64,000 nucleotides of DNA from a virus (Duplodnaviria > Caudoviricetes), in IMG/VR virus record IMGVR_UViG_3300025838_000022, positions 1 through 64,000 of that record; one strand, written 5' to 3'. The notes below the pieces were generated by a model. That model saw only the letters and a list, made by a program, of their open reading frames with translations. It ran no database searches and was not told where the DNA came from. Each line of letters opens with the position of its first letter. Position 1 is the stretch's first letter. A program made the translations under genes and the position numbers. This document shows, piece after piece, positions 9,611-17,394 of the stretch.

Positions 9611-10474
9611 GTGACTAATAAACTGGAAACTAATCCAGCTACACACATTGTAATTCCTGACACCCAGGCTAAGGACGGTGTGCCAACCGACCACCTTACT
9701 TGGATCGGTAACTACATCGTAGAAGAATTTCACAACCAAGATGTGAAGATTATTCACCTTGGTGACCACGCTGACATGCCAGCTTTGTCTCTTTACGATA
9801 AGGGCAAGAAGAGCATGGAGGGTCGTCGTGTCAAAGCAGACATTGAAGCTGCTAATGAACACTGGCGCATCCTTAATCAACCATTGTATGACTACAATGA
9901 CAACAAGCGTAAGAATAAGCATGCTATCTGGAACCCAGAGCGTCACATCTTGCTTGGTAACCACGAAGATCGTATTAACCGTGCTGTAGAGTCTGATGCA
10001 CAAATTGCTGGGTTGCTAAGCACCGATGATCTTGACTATGCCCGTAGTGGTTGGAGAGTTAGCCCATTCAAGCAGATTCTTAAACTTGATGGTGTGGCCT
10101 ACTCGCATTACTTCTACAACCCTATGACTGGTATCCCATATGGTGGCAACATTGAGACAAGATTGAAGACTATTGGTCACTCATTCACCATGGGTCACCA
10201 GCAAACGTTTTTGTACGGCATGCGTTACGTAAATGACATCCGTAATGGCGACGAGGCATACTCACAACACGGTCTTGTAGCAGGTGCGTGCTATCTTCAC
10301 GATGAAGACTACAAGGGACCACAGGGTAATGCTCACTTTAGAGGCATTGTGGTCAAACACGGTGTGCATGGCGGTAGTTATGATATCCAACAAATTTCGC
10401 TTGACTCATTGTGCCGTAGATACGAAGGCATGAGCCTTGAACGGTTTAAAAAGCTTAAGTATCCGCATATGTAG
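9611..10474 (+). CDS. Calcineurin-like metallophosphoesterase
   Basis: Motifs IPDTQ, LGDHAD, LGNHE, SH, MGHQ in canonical order. Confidence 0.85.
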   Translation: MTNKLETNPATHIVIPDTQAKDGVPTDHLTWIGNYIVEEFHNQDVKIIHLGDHADMPALSLYDKGKKSMEGRRVKADIEAANEHWRILNQPLYDYNDNKRKNKHAIWNPERHILLGNHEDRINRAVESDAQIAGLLSTDDLDYARSGWRVSPFKQILKLDGVAYSHYFYNPMTGIPYGGNIETRLKTIGHSFTMGHQQTFLYGMRYVNDIRNGDEAYSQHGLVAGACYLHDEDYKGPQGNAHFRGIVVKHGVHGGSYDIQQISLDSLCRRYEGMSLERFKKLKYPHM

Positions 10475-10477
10475 TAT

Positions 10478-11524
10478 ATGGATAATTCAAAGTCTTCTAA
10501 ACGTAAAAATTTTAAATGCATTTTTAATGGATACGTTTCTGAGTACAACAGAGACGCTGTAATACGCTCTGTTATTGCTCAGTTTGAAGGTTATTTTGCT
10601 GAACCAGAGGTAACTGTTACTGACTCTGGGTTTATTATCTCTTTGTTGATAGGAGATAACCTCTCACCAACAGCTGTGCGTGACAAAATACTTTGGAACC
10701 AGTTTATTGAGAGCGTAAGCATCGCAGACGAGATTCGTAAGATACAAATCATCCGTTTGCCCAAAGCTAGCAAAGAAAATGAAGGCACTGTAGGCGCATG
10801 GGGCCCACATGGCAGCAATAGCGGGGTAGATGAGATCATGGTAGCTAACGGTAAGCCAATTCCTCATATGGAATACAAAATTGACATGGGAGACCGTCCA
10901 GATGGCCCTATGACATTTAATTCTAGCTTGCACTATGCTGACCCAACAGAAGACATTATCCCAACCATCTATGGCCCTGGTGCTGAGAATGGTGAGCCTG
11001 TTGATGAGGACCTAAAGAGTGACGTCACTGATGTTACAAGTCAACCCGCTAGAAACCACGCAAAATTGTTCATGGGGTTTAAAGTTGTTGCCGTAGATAG
11101 TGATACTGGTGGATCTTTCACCCTTACCACGCCAAATGGATTCCAAGATGTAGAAGAACCTCCTCGAGGTGGCGCACGGCACGAAAGAGCTAACTCTGCT
11201 ACTGGCATTGGTGGCGGAGCAGATATTAGCGGTGCTAGCTGGTATGTTACTCAACCAGGCAATGAACAAGGCACACAACCAGGTGCTGAACGGTTAAAAG
11301 ACGATGGCTCTACAGCACCTTTTGGCAGCATTGTAGCCAATAGTATTATCTCCCCTACTCTTAAAGCAGAAGATGACACTCAGAGCATTGAGGGGCCCTA
11401 TGGAGACACTTTAGACGTACTTGGTGTAGGAGATCACCCAATGGGTGGCGCAACATACGGTTCAATCTTTGGAATGAATGAAACATATGATTATGAAGGT
11501 GATGTAGATGGCTACGACATATAA
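10478..11524 (+). CDS. Hypothetical protein with acidic, Gly-rich C-terminal region
   Basis: 348-aa ORF; internal FNSSLHYA and FKVVA motifs. Confidence 0.75.
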   Translation: MDNSKSSKRKNFKCIFNGYVSEYNRDAVIRSVIAQFEGYFAEPEVTVTDSGFIISLLIGDNLSPTAVRDKILWNQFIESVSIADEIRKIQIIRLPKASKENEGTVGAWGPHGSNSGVDEIMVANGKPIPHMEYKIDMGDRPDGPMTFNSSLHYADPTEDIIPTIYGPGAENGEPVDEDLKSDVTDVTSQPARNHAKLFMGFKVVAVDSDTGGSFTLTTPNGFQDVEEPPRGGARHERANSATGIGGGADISGASWYVTQPGNEQGTQPGAERLKDDGSTAPFGSIVANSIISPTLKAEDDTQSIEGPYGDTLDVLGVGDHPMGGATYGSIFGMNETYDYEGDVDGYDI

Positions 11525-12056
11525 GGTATACGACGCAGGAAAAGAACCAATTAAATATGTACCAGGGGATTTTGTTCTGGTATCAACAACTGGTATCCTT
11601 GCTAAGTTTATCCGTTTTGGTCAATTTGTTCGTTATCACGGAAAAATGAAGCCTTATTCCCATTGGAACCATGCTGCTATGGTTATTGATGAAGATGGCA
11701 CCATTGTTGAGGCTGTTGGACGTGGTGTGATCACTAGTAACATCAGTGAGTACAAGAACGTAGAATACTACTACGTTTCAACCAAGCTTAACAAGCAAAG
11801 TCGTGATCAAGCGGTGGCTGCTTGTAAGAGCTTTATTAAAGATAAGTATGGTTGGCTAACCATCTTGAGTATCGCTACAGAGCTGGCAACTGGCATTAAG
11901 ATGCAGTTCACAAACAACAATACAATGATCTGTAGCGCCGTAGTAGCACAATCTCTATGGGCTGGTGGAGTCGTATTTGACCGCAACCCATATCAAATGA
12001 TGCCAGCTGATTTAGCTGCTGCTTTTAATATTTTGACAGAATTGCCAAATACTTGA
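11508..12056 (+). CDS. Permuted papain-like NlpC/P60 enzyme (YaeF/YiiX-like)
   Basis: PGD near the N-terminus, WNHAAM (His), IVEA, and late ICSAVV (Cys): permuted order. Confidence 0.8.
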   Translation: MATTYKVYDAGKEPIKYVPGDFVLVSTTGILAKFIRFGQFVRYHGKMKPYSHWNHAAMVIDEDGTIVEAVGRGVITSNISEYKNVEYYYVSTKLNKQSRDQAVAACKSFIKDKYGWLTILSIATELATGIKMQFTNNNTMICSAVVAQSLWAGGVVFDRNPYQMMPADLAAAFNILTELPNT

Positions 12057-12081
12057 TTTTTTGCAATTAATGCGTTAAATT
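12053..12081 (+). promoter_or_regulatory. Sigma70-type promoter giving a leaderless mRNA
   Basis: TTGATT-17 nt-TAAATT, ATG 7 nt downstream at 12088. Confidence 0.5.
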
Positions 12082-12087
12082 GAAAAT

Positions 12088-12258
12088 ATGAAAAAAGCAG
12101 TCATCACAATCAGTTATGATCCCCGTGACGCGCAGAGCGAAGAGCTCGCAAGCCAAGAGATTAGCGAGACCATGTCTGGCCTTCTCAACAGCCTACGTAC
12201 TCAAGTTAATGGCGTCCAGGTATCGGTAAAATTCCAGAATACAAATAAGGAGAAATAA
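12088..12258 (+). CDS. Small hypothetical protein (56 aa, MKKAVITISYDPR...)
   Basis: Read manually; stop overlaps next ATG (TAATG). Confidence 0.6.
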   Translation: MKKAVITISYDPRDAQSEELASQEISETMSGLLNSLRTQVNGVQVSVKFQNTNKEK

Positions 12259-12572
12259 TGTCCAGTCCACTGAACACAACTACAACAAGAGCCACAGGTC
12301 GTGCTTTCGTTGCAGCTATCGTTGGTGCTTTGCTTGCTTGGGGTGCAACCAAGTGGGGTAAGTTCAACACCGGTACGTTTGCTGCGTTGACACCTGTCGC
12401 TTCCGGCTTGTACTACACGGCTATTACTGCCTTGGAGAAGAAGTACCCTAACCTTGGTTGGTTGCTTGGTACTCTTCCTCAACCTAAGGTTGTAGCAACA
12501 CCTACGCCTGCACCAACTCCAGAGCCAACTCCGGCTCCAGTTGCTGCTAAAAAGACTGCTCCTAAGAAGTAG
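12258..12572 (+). CDS. Holin-like membrane protein with Pro/Lys-rich tail
   Basis: Two hydrophobic segments, basic C-terminus, AAGGAG RBS. Confidence 0.5.
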   Translation: MSSPLNTTTTRATGRAFVAAIVGALLAWGATKWGKFNTGTFAALTPVASGLYYTAITALEKKYPNLGWLLGTLPQPKVVATPTPAPTPEPTPAPVAAKKTAPKK

Positions 12573-12579
12573 TTCTTAA

Positions 12580-12731
12580 TCCCTGGTAGCTCAATTGGTA
12601 GAATAAATGCAACAAAATAATTAATCCGCCCTAGCATAATGGCAATGCACCAAACTGTTAATTTGCAAGATCTTGGTTCGAATCCAAGGGGCGGAGCTTC
12701 TCGGTCGTAGGTTCGAGTCCAGGCTGGGGAG
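12580..12731 (+). pseudogene. Split tRNA (probably Asn): 5' part 12580-12602, 3' part 12710-12731, enclosing an intact tRNA-Asn
   Basis: TCCCTGG-TAGCTCAATTGGTAGA pairs with GGTTCGAGTCCAGG-CTGGGGA-G (acceptor includes two G-U pairs); anticodon arm absent. Confidence 0.7.
12625..12696 (+). tRNA. tRNA-Asn(GTT)
   Basis: Acceptor TCCGCCC/GGGCGGA, D stem GCAT/ATGC, anticodon loop CTGTTAA, T arm CTTGG-TTCGAAT-CCAAG; no encoded CCA. Confidence 0.9.
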
Positions 12732-12736
12732 CTTTA

Positions 12737-12813
12737 GGTCTTGTAGCTCAGTTGGTTAGAGCACTTCCCTGTCACGGAAGGGGTCGTGGGTTCAAGTCCC
12801 ATCAAGATCGCCA
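12737..12813 (+). tRNA. tRNA-Asp(GTC)
   Basis: Acceptor GGTCTTG/CAAGATC, anticodon arm CTTCC-CTGTCAC-GGAAG, canonical T arm, CCA. Confidence 0.95.
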
Positions 12814-12905
12814 GTGAGGGATGGTGTAATGGCAGCACGTCTCACTGACTCGAACGTAAATATAAATTAATGATTTAATATTGCCGTTAGAGCATAGAAG
12901 TAAAT

Positions 12906-13583
12906 ATGAGCAGAAAAAAAATAACAGATGAACAGCTTAGAGAAGCAGTATCTAATTCTCCATCAATATCGCATGCGTTAAGGTCGTTAGGGTTATCACC
13001 AAATGGTGGTACCCATGGGCACTACTCAAAGCGGATTAAAGATGCTGGTATATCAACTAAGCATTTTTTGCCTAATAATAATATTTATGGTATTCATCGT
13101 GATAAATTAAAGCCAGAAGAAATATTAGTAAAAAAACCCTATGGGTCATCGCGTACACAACGTGTTCATCTTCTTAGAGCTCTTTTAGAGATGGGCATCG
13201 AATATAAATGCGCAATTTGTGGAATCAATAACAATTGGAATGAGAAAGAATTAACACTCCAAATCGATCACATCAATGGTGATCGTATTGATAATAGTTT
13301 AAAAAACCTTCGTTTTCTTTGCCCTAATTGTCATTCACAAACAGAAACTTATGGTACCAAAAAACCAAGACGCCAATGTGAAAAATGTAAAAATTACATA
13401 CAGCAAAACAGCAAAACAGGTACTTGTAGAAGCTGCTATCCTCGTAAAAATAAAATTAATTGGCCAGATAATTATACATTACTTGCTATGGTTGAAGAAA
13501 GCAGCTATACTCAAGTTGGATTAAAATTAGGCGTTTCAGATAATGCTGTGCGTAAACGCTTAAAACATTCTGGGGTAGTGTAA
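12906..13583 (+). CDS. HNH homing endonuclease with HTH-like N- and C-terminal domains
   Basis: CAICG...LQIDHINGDRIDNSLKNLRFLCPNCH; C-terminal LGVSDNAVRKRL. Confidence 0.9.
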   Translation: MSRKKITDEQLREAVSNSPSISHALRSLGLSPNGGTHGHYSKRIKDAGISTKHFLPNNNIYGIHRDKLKPEEILVKKPYGSSRTQRVHLLRALLEMGIEYKCAICGINNNWNEKELTLQIDHINGDRIDNSLKNLRFLCPNCHSQTETYGTKKPRRQCEKCKNYIQQNSKTGTCRSCYPRKNKINWPDNYTLLAMVEESSYTQVGLKLGVSDNAVRKRLKHSGVV

Positions 13584-13639
13584 AGGTAGCACCGGAGTCT
13601 TTGGAACTTCTAGCCCTCGTTCGACCCGAGGCCCCAGAG
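13569..13639 (+). tRNA. tRNA-Gln(TTG), overlapping the last 15 nt of the HNH gene
   Basis: Acceptor TCTGGGG/CCCCAGA, anticodon arm GGAGT-CTTTGGA-ACTTC, T arm CCTCG-TTCGACC-CGAGG. Confidence 0.9.
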
Positions 13640-13676
13640 CTTTTGTTGAAGGTTCGAGTCCTGGTCCCTCAGCCAA

Positions 13677-13750
13677 CCGGGTGTGGATCGGTCATCCAAT
13701 TAAAGCTTATATCTTTGACTACGTGGGTTCAATTCCTACCGCCCGGACCA
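13677..13750 (+). tRNA. tRNA-Ile(TAT) with atypical D arm
   Basis: Acceptor CCGGGTG/CGCCCGG, anticodon arm TAAAG-CTTATAT-CTTTG, T arm GTGGG-TTCAATT-CCTAC, A-CCA end. Confidence 0.75.
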
Positions 13751-13839
13751 TTTAAAATATGCTCTAGGTTATAACAGGTATTAGGTATATATTACCTATT
13801 GTCCAGCGCCCTTTAAGGGCATAGCCAAGGAGTAACACG

Positions 13840-14667
13840 ATGACCTCGATGTTCGATTTTGACGATTCAGTGAACATGGCATTTGATGCCAAGTTTGCTG
13901 GTAAAAGCCTGGTGGCTGCTAAGCACGAATTGCTTACAAAGACCGGTGATTTCTTTTTCCTCGCTCACAGCGACCGTGAGCTTGCTCAACGCATGCGTAT
14001 GGTTGAAGAGGACATCGAGAAGGTTGCTTACCACAAGCTTGCCAACGTTAGTGACTCCAAGGCCAAGTTGGTTCGTGCTGTTTACGATGAGTGGCAGTTG
14101 CGCCACGCTTCTTGCCAAATGTGCAAGACTGCCGTAATGGGCCTTGCTCCCGGTACTATCTCTGAAACCGTTAAAGAACACGCAAGTGGTTTTGGTGGAG
14201 CAGCCGCAGGTGCAGCTATTGGTACAATGATTGCACCCGGACCTGGTACAGCAATTGGTGTAGGCGTTGGCCAGCTTACTGGCGAAATGTTGAATAAGAG
14301 TCACAACATCAAAAAGCACAGAGACCAAAGTCTTGACTTGATGCACCACGATTACAATACTGATAATCACTCTGATGCTGAGCATCACCCAGATCACCCT
14401 GCAACAGTTCAAGCTTCACGCAAACTTGCTGATGATGGCAGTGGCAATGGCAGCGGTGGCTCTATGCTCCCTGCCGGTTCTAATCTCCCTGGCAACATGC
14501 TTGGAGGGTTCTGCCACGGTTGTGCTTCAGCTATCGGTGCTGGTGTAGCTGGCCTTGCTGGCCTTGCTCTTTTTGCTTCTAAGCACGCTGCTGGTGGCCA
14601 CGAAGTATTTTGTGAAGATTGCAAAGACAACCCAAGCCAAATCAAGTGCGATACTTGTAAGCCATAA
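13840..14667 (+). CDS. Hypothetical virion-associated protein with two glycine-zipper hydrophobic segments
   Basis: AAGGAG RBS; GGAAAGAAIGTMIAPGPGTAIGVGVG and AIGAGVAGLAGLALFA. Confidence 0.75.
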   Translation: MTSMFDFDDSVNMAFDAKFAGKSLVAAKHELLTKTGDFFFLAHSDRELAQRMRMVEEDIEKVAYHKLANVSDSKAKLVRAVYDEWQLRHASCQMCKTAVMGLAPGTISETVKEHASGFGGAAAGAAIGTMIAPGPGTAIGVGVGQLTGEMLNKSHNIKKHRDQSLDLMHHDYNTDNHSDAEHHPDHPATVQASRKLADDGSGNGSGGSMLPAGSNLPGNMLGGFCHGCASAIGAGVAGLAGLALFASKHAAGGHEVFCEDCKDNPSQIKCDTCKP

Positions 14668-14699
14668 GTTTAACCTATAAAATATTAGATAGGTTAATA

Positions 14700-16745
14700 A
14701 TGTCTAAAACATTCAATTCATCCTTTAGCAAGCAATCAGCTGCACCATTGTTTGGTCCTAAATACCCAAAAGTATCTCCCGAAGAACTTGCGGAAGCAAG
14801 AGCAAGACCTGATATTACGGAAGTAGTACAGCCATCTACTGATGACCGTCCATTTTGGTACATGAGCTATGAACAAGGGCCAATGCCAAAAATGGAGAGT
14901 CCAACTCCAGGCTATACATACCAAACATTTGGTGGTACAGCAGACCGCTCCCCGGCATACTTTAACCCAGAAAAAGGTTGGGTTTGCTCAAAGTGCGACA
15001 AGTACATCCCAGACGACAAGTATTCCATTGGTAGAAGAGACTCAGAAGGCAAGCCTTACCCCGGTCACATGTATTGCCAGGGTAAGTTTGATCACTCACG
15101 CTGCCCAGAAGATTCAGAGTGCCGTAGATACGACGAAAATGTTCTAGCTAACCCTAAGAACATTGAGAGCTCTAGAATTAATAAGGCAATGGAAACATGT
15201 GTTGGTAACCTTCGTGGTTTTGGTAACCATGGTGATAAATGTCTTTACTGCATGAAGAGTGATGATCCAAAGGTTAGAGAGAACGCTGCTAATTGTAAGG
15301 GTGATAATAACAAGGGATTTAGTATTCACTTAATTAAAGACCCTGAAAAAATTGATGTTAGTGATCCCAACGCTCTTATAAGTTCTAACCCAAGAGAACT
15401 TCCATTGCCTAGTCAAAAACTTCAATCAATGATTAATGAAAACGTTTCTGACCCTCAGCTTAGAGAAGACATGTATACAGCATTGTCTAATACTAATGAA
15501 GGCCTGTCTTTTCACGATCACTTCCGTAATATTCTTGACAGTTGGAAGGGCAACAAATCATTGTACCCAGTCAGCGTTGAAGAACCAGGTAAAACAGCTA
15601 GCTTTAGAAGAACTGCTGATTCAATTATCCCCGGTTATTTTAGCGAAGGCAGAATGGTAGAAACTCCAGCACCGGATTATTACGATGTTGACAATAATTT
15701 TAGACACCTTGATGAATTAGAGATGCCTGAAGCACACTTCTTGTTTGAGCAAGGCGGCGAAGCCTCTACAGATGATACTCAGGGGACTGTTGGCGATTAT
15801 TCCAAGAAAAGCGATGCTGATTACAGAACATGTCCCGAATGTGACGGTAAATCACAATACAATCGACCTGATAATCCCCACTGGGTTGAACCACATTGCG
15901 AAAATTGCACGCAAGAAAAAAATGGCAAATGTGGTAGCGACCAAGACGACAAAGAAAATCACTGTTTTGGTTGTCGCTTAGAAGGCCATGGTTGTGAAGG
16001 AAAACTTCGTGGATATTGGGGTGGTCCTGATACCGTTTGTAATCTTTGCAAAAATGCTGGAGAAGTTGAAGACAGACCTGATCACTGTGTAACTTGCAAA
16101 GGTATGTATAAGACTACATATAACAATGGTGAAGTTAGAGAGCACGAGTGCGAACCATATGACGAATCTAGCGCAAAACTTGAGCTAAAAGGTCACCCAG
16201 GGCACTGTAGAGGTTGTGAAGTACCTAGCAATGGCAACCCTAAATATCACAAAGAACCAAACTCGGAAACAAGCTTCTCAAATTTTGCTAAAAAAGTAAA
16301 AGTTGATTCAGATGAAGCGAATAGAAACGCTGATGACGATGAAGAACTTGGTGATATTGATGGCGGATCAAAGCCAGCCGTTGTTGCAAGCGAACCAGAC
16401 CCAGAAAAGTTTGATTCATACACACCAGAAAACAATGTTCCTGAGATAGTCGATACTGAAGAGCCTGACAGAGATTACGAAGAAGAAGAAGAAACATGGC
16501 CAGAGCACACCGTAGAGAGGCAAAATAAAACTTACGAAACCAAAGGCCATGGTAAATGGTGCTCAATTTGTAAGGGTACTGGTCTTATTGACAAAAATGA
16601 TCACCCAGAAAAAATTGCGGAAATTAACAACAGCAAAGAATTTATAGAAGGAACAAAAAAGATTAATCAGATAGCGGACCAAGACGAGCGCGGTGATGCT
16701 TTGAATAATTTCCTTCTTGAACAATACAAGTGTAAAGGCGAATAA
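14700..16745 (+). CDS. Large Cys-rich (multiple CxxC) hypothetical protein
   Basis: 681-aa ORF; FNSSFSKQSA leader; CPECDG and CSICKGTG motifs. Confidence 0.8.
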   Translation: MSKTFNSSFSKQSAAPLFGPKYPKVSPEELAEARARPDITEVVQPSTDDRPFWYMSYEQGPMPKMESPTPGYTYQTFGGTADRSPAYFNPEKGWVCSKCDKYIPDDKYSIGRRDSEGKPYPGHMYCQGKFDHSRCPEDSECRRYDENVLANPKNIESSRINKAMETCVGNLRGFGNHGDKCLYCMKSDDPKVRENAANCKGDNNKGFSIHLIKDPEKIDVSDPNALISSNPRELPLPSQKLQSMINENVSDPQLREDMYTALSNTNEGLSFHDHFRNILDSWKGNKSLYPVSVEEPGKTASFRRTADSIIPGYFSEGRMVETPAPDYYDVDNNFRHLDELEMPEAHFLFEQGGEASTDDTQGTVGDYSKKSDADYRTCPECDGKSQYNRPDNPHWVEPHCENCTQEKNGKCGSDQDDKENHCFGCRLEGHGCEGKLRGYWGGPDTVCNLCKNAGEVEDRPDHCVTCKGMYKTTYNNGEVREHECEPYDESSAKLELKGHPGHCRGCEVPSNGNPKYHKEPNSETSFSNFAKKVKVDSDEANRNADDDEELGDIDGGSKPAVVASEPDPEKFDSYTPENNVPEIVDTEEPDRDYEEEEETWPEHTVERQNKTYETKGHGKWCSICKGTGLIDKNDHPEKIAEINNSKEFIEGTKKINQIADQDERGDALNNFLLEQYKCKGE

Positions 16746-16747
16746 AA

Positions 16748-17383
16748 ATGAGAGGGCAAGTACCAACAAAAATTAAACCAGGTCGACCACTCCACGTTGG
16801 CCGTTGCATTTGGGACACTGCTAAACAATCATTTGATGACCCAACATTTGAAAAACTTTTTGGCATGCCTAAAGAGCAAATTGGTGAATGCGACGTTTAC
16901 GACAGAAGAGTAGGCGCTGATATTGATGCAATGGGTGAAAACGGTGGGGATTTAGACCCAGATGTTGAGCACCTTGAAAACTTAGGTGATTACAACAAAA
17001 AAGTTAACAATCCAGATGCTACAGCTGCTGTTTGTTATGAAGGATCAAGCCCTACGCCTTCATGCATCAATCACGCTTCGTATGTTGCTTATCACCAGAT
17101 GAAAGCAATGAATGACTCATTGAACATTAGACCATATGTAAATCCAGGAGAATCTCCTGAGGCAGCATACGAAGTTAAAGAAGCTAAACGAAAGCGTTTT
17201 GAGCACGTTAAAAATAATTGGAATAAGCAGGTTGCTTCTAGAAGAAGACGCAACATGGGCTTAGATACAACGCCAATTACATACCAACCAAAAACCGATC
17301 AACCAATTGATGATGAAAATGATGTCGATATGTTTGATATTGGTGAAAATTATGACCAGGCATCCGCTGAAGACTTGTTGTAA
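16748..17383 (+). CDS. Hypothetical protein
   Basis: 211-aa ORF tiling with neighbours. Confidence 0.75.
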   Translation: MRGQVPTKIKPGRPLHVGRCIWDTAKQSFDDPTFEKLFGMPKEQIGECDVYDRRVGADIDAMGENGGDLDPDVEHLENLGDYNKKVNNPDATAAVCYEGSSPTPSCINHASYVAYHQMKAMNDSLNIRPYVNPGESPEAAYEVKEAKRKRFEHVKNNWNKQVASRRRRNMGLDTTPITYQPKTDQPIDDENDVDMFDIGENYDQASAEDLL

Positions 17384-17394
17384 TAGGGTAAATA

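Larger units (their letters stand above)
12847..13649 (+). mobile_element. HNH endonuclease + replacement tRNA-Gln cassette inserted in a tRNA gene
   Basis: AT-rich insert bounded by the two halves of a tRNA; contains the HNH ORF and an intact tRNA-Gln. Confidence 0.7.
12815..13675 (+). pseudogene. Split tRNA (probably Gln): 5' half 12815-12846, 3' part 13650-13675
   Basis: TGAGGGA-TG-GTGT-AATGGCA-GCAC-G-TCTCA-CT pairs perfectly in the acceptor with AGGTTCGAGTCCTGG-TCCCTCA-G-CCA about 800 bp away. Confidence 0.8.

Noticed and set aside
12847-13649. Group I intron in the tRNA anticodon loop
   Set aside because: No room or motifs for a P3-P7 core outside the ORF. The 3' anticodon strand, variable loop and part of the T stem are missing, so splicing could not rebuild the tRNA.
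12580-13750. Integrase attachment site (attL/attR) as the explanation for the tRNA fragments
   Set aside because: No integrase in the window; inner and outer tRNAs are not direct repeats of each other
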